From a virus (lineage: Duplodnaviria > Heunggongvirae > Uroviricota > Caudoviricetes): DNA of 43,170 nucleotides. The stretch lies in IMG/VR virus record IMGVR_UViG_2534682162_000010; one strand, 5' to 3'. Numbering within the stretch: position 1 is the stretch's first letter; each line of letters begins with the position of its first letter. Positions 42,501-43,170 of this stretch are shown piece by piece. Position numbers and translations under genes: made by a program. The notes beneath the pieces were generated by a model that was not told the DNA's origin, ran no database searches, and saw only the letters and a program-made list of their open reading frames with translations.

Positions 42501-42589
42501 ATGGACACACCATCACCGTTAACGCTGCTGGTAACGCGGAAAACACCGTCAAAAACATCGCATTTAACTATATTGTGAGGCTTGCATAA
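39518..42589 (+). CDS. stf: Side tail fibre Stf (full length, about 1023 aa)
   Basis: From the ATG at 39518: [30 protein letters not shown]...; long Ala/Ser/Thr-rich repeat region; C-terminal His-rich motifs ([34 protein letters not shown]) and terminal ...[11 protein letters not shown] as in lambda Stf. Confidence 0.9.
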   Translation: MAVKISGVLKDGTGKPVQNCTIQLKAKRNSTTVVVNTLASENPDEAGRYSMDVEYGQYSVILLVEGFPPSHAGTITVYEDSQPGTLNDFLGAMTEDDARPEALRRFELMVEEVARNASAVAQNTAAAKKSASDASTSAREAATHATDAAGSARAASTSAGQAASSAQSASSSAGTASAKATEASKSAAAAESSKSAAATSAGAAKTSETNAAASQQSAATSASTATTKASEAATSARDASASKEAAKSSETSAASSASSAASSATAAGNSAKAAKTSETNARSSETAAEQSASAAADSKTAAASSASAASTSAGQASASATAAGKSAESAASSASTATTKAGEATEQASAAASSASAAKTSETNAKASETRAESSKTAAASSASSAASSASSASASKDEATRQASAAKSSATTASTKATEAAGSATAAAQSKSTAESAATRAETAAKRAEDIASAVALEDASTTKKGIVQLSSATNSTSESQAATPKAVKAAYDLANGKYTAQDATTAQKGIIQLSSATNSTSETLAATPKAVKTAYDNAEKRLQKDQNGADIPGKDTFTKNIGACRAFGGSVSTITGNWTTAQFIEWLDSQGAFNHPYWMCKGSWSYGNNKIITDTDCGNIHLAGAVIEVMGIKSAMTIRITTPTTSTGGGTTNAQFTYINHGTDYSPGWRRDYNSRNKPTASEIGALPSGGTAVSSVNLASKGRVTALTDNTQGATGLELYEVYNNGYPTAYGNIIHLKGMTAVGEGELLIGWSGTSGAHAPAFIRSRRDTTDANWSPWAQLYTSAHPPAEFYPVGAPIPWPSDTVPSGYALMQGQTFDKSAYPKLAAAYPSGVIPDMRGWTIKGKPASGRAVLSQEQDGIKSHTHSASASSTDLGTKTTSSFDYGTKSTNNTGAHTHSLSGSTNAAGNHSHRDGRRFNPSVFKDTYQYGYTSSGQNTWGVQGSVGMSTGWLANTSTDGNHSHSLSGTAASAGAHAHTVGIGAHTHSVAIGSHGHTITVNAAGNAENTVKNIAFNYIVRLA

Positions 42590-43170
42590 TGGCATTCAGA
42601 ATGAGTGAACAACCACGGACCATAAAAATTTATAATCTGCTGGCCGGAACTAATGAATTTATTGGTGAAGGTGATGCATATATTCCGCCTCATACAGGTC
42701 TGCCAGCAAACAGTACCGATATTGCACCGCCAGATATTCCGGCAGGCTTCGTGGCTGTTTTCAACAGTGATGAGGCATCGTGGCATCTCGTTGAAGATCA
42801 TCGGGGTAAAACGGTTTATGACGTAGCGTCAGAGGACGCGTTATTTATTTCTGAACTCGGTCCGTTACCGGAAAATGTTACCTGGTTATCGCCGGAAGGG
42901 GAGTTTCAGAAGTGGAACGGCACAGCCTGGGTGAAAGATGCAGAAGCAGAAAAACTGTTCCGGATCCGGGAGGCGGAAGAAACAAAAAACAGCCTGATGC
43001 AGGTAGCCAGTGAGCATATTGCGCCACTTCAGGATGCTGTAGATCTGGAGATCGCAACGGAGGAAGAAAACTCGTTGCTGGAAGCCTGGAAGAAGTATCG
43101 GGTGTTGCTGAACCGTGTTGATACATCAACTGCACCTGATATTGAGTGGCCTGTAATACCAGAAGTTTAA
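42589..43170 (+). CDS. tfa: Tail fibre assembly chaperone Tfa
   Basis: 193-aa [62 protein letters not shown]... sharing a base with the stf stop; matches lambda Tfa; ends at the window edge. Confidence 0.92.
   Translation: MAFRMSEQPRTIKIYNLLAGTNEFIGEGDAYIPPHTGLPANSTDIAPPDIPAGFVAVFNSDEASWHLVEDHRGKTVYDVASEDALFISELGPLPENVTWLSPEGEFQKWNGTAWVKDAEAEKLFRIREAEETKNSLMQVASEHIAPLQDAVDLEIATEEENSLLEAWKKYRVLLNRVDTSTAPDIEWPVIPEV

Overview
This window is almost entirely one lambdoid prophage, read from the stop codon of its integrase (position 1) to the stop codon of the tail-fibre assembly gene (43170). It is a mosaic. The recombination genes (exo, bet, gam) and the whole late operon (cos, nu1 through J, lom, stf, tfa) are lambda-like, recognised from the translated ORFs. 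The integrase, the ren-emrE-ybcK-ybcL-ybcM island, the nin/Q region (ybcN, ninE, ybcO, rusA, ylcG, quuD) and the porin gene nmpC are of the E. coli DLP12 type. The lysis cassette is of the phage 21 type (pinholin, SAR endolysin, Rz with embedded Rz1, bor). The immunity region is not lambda's: a CI-like HTH/S24 repressor, a YdaS-like Cro and a YdaT-family protein, with palindromic operators sharing a GTTGTTGAC...AACAAC core on both sides. No rRNA, tRNA, CRISPR array or transposase was found. The most interesting segment is 4.4-6.0 kb. It holds an AT-rich two-gene cargo in the rexAB position, between the repressor gene and OL/PL, made of a small gene with an apparent -1 frame change and a tail-anchored coiled-coil membrane protein. 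Next to it is an early-left gene in the N position with no recognisable N protein or nutL. Other points worth a look are the early-left accessory genes (TraR-like zinc finger, small hydrophobic peptide), two perfect palindromes in the emrE-ybcK-ybcL island, the intact antisense porin gene, and an expanded repeat region in the side tail fibre. All identifications rest on reading the translations and on memory of the lambda, phage 21 and DLP12 families; no database search was run. Hand-located motif coordinates may be off by 1-2 nt. Several ORF-track starts use TTG or GTG and were moved to the most plausible ATG or GTG.
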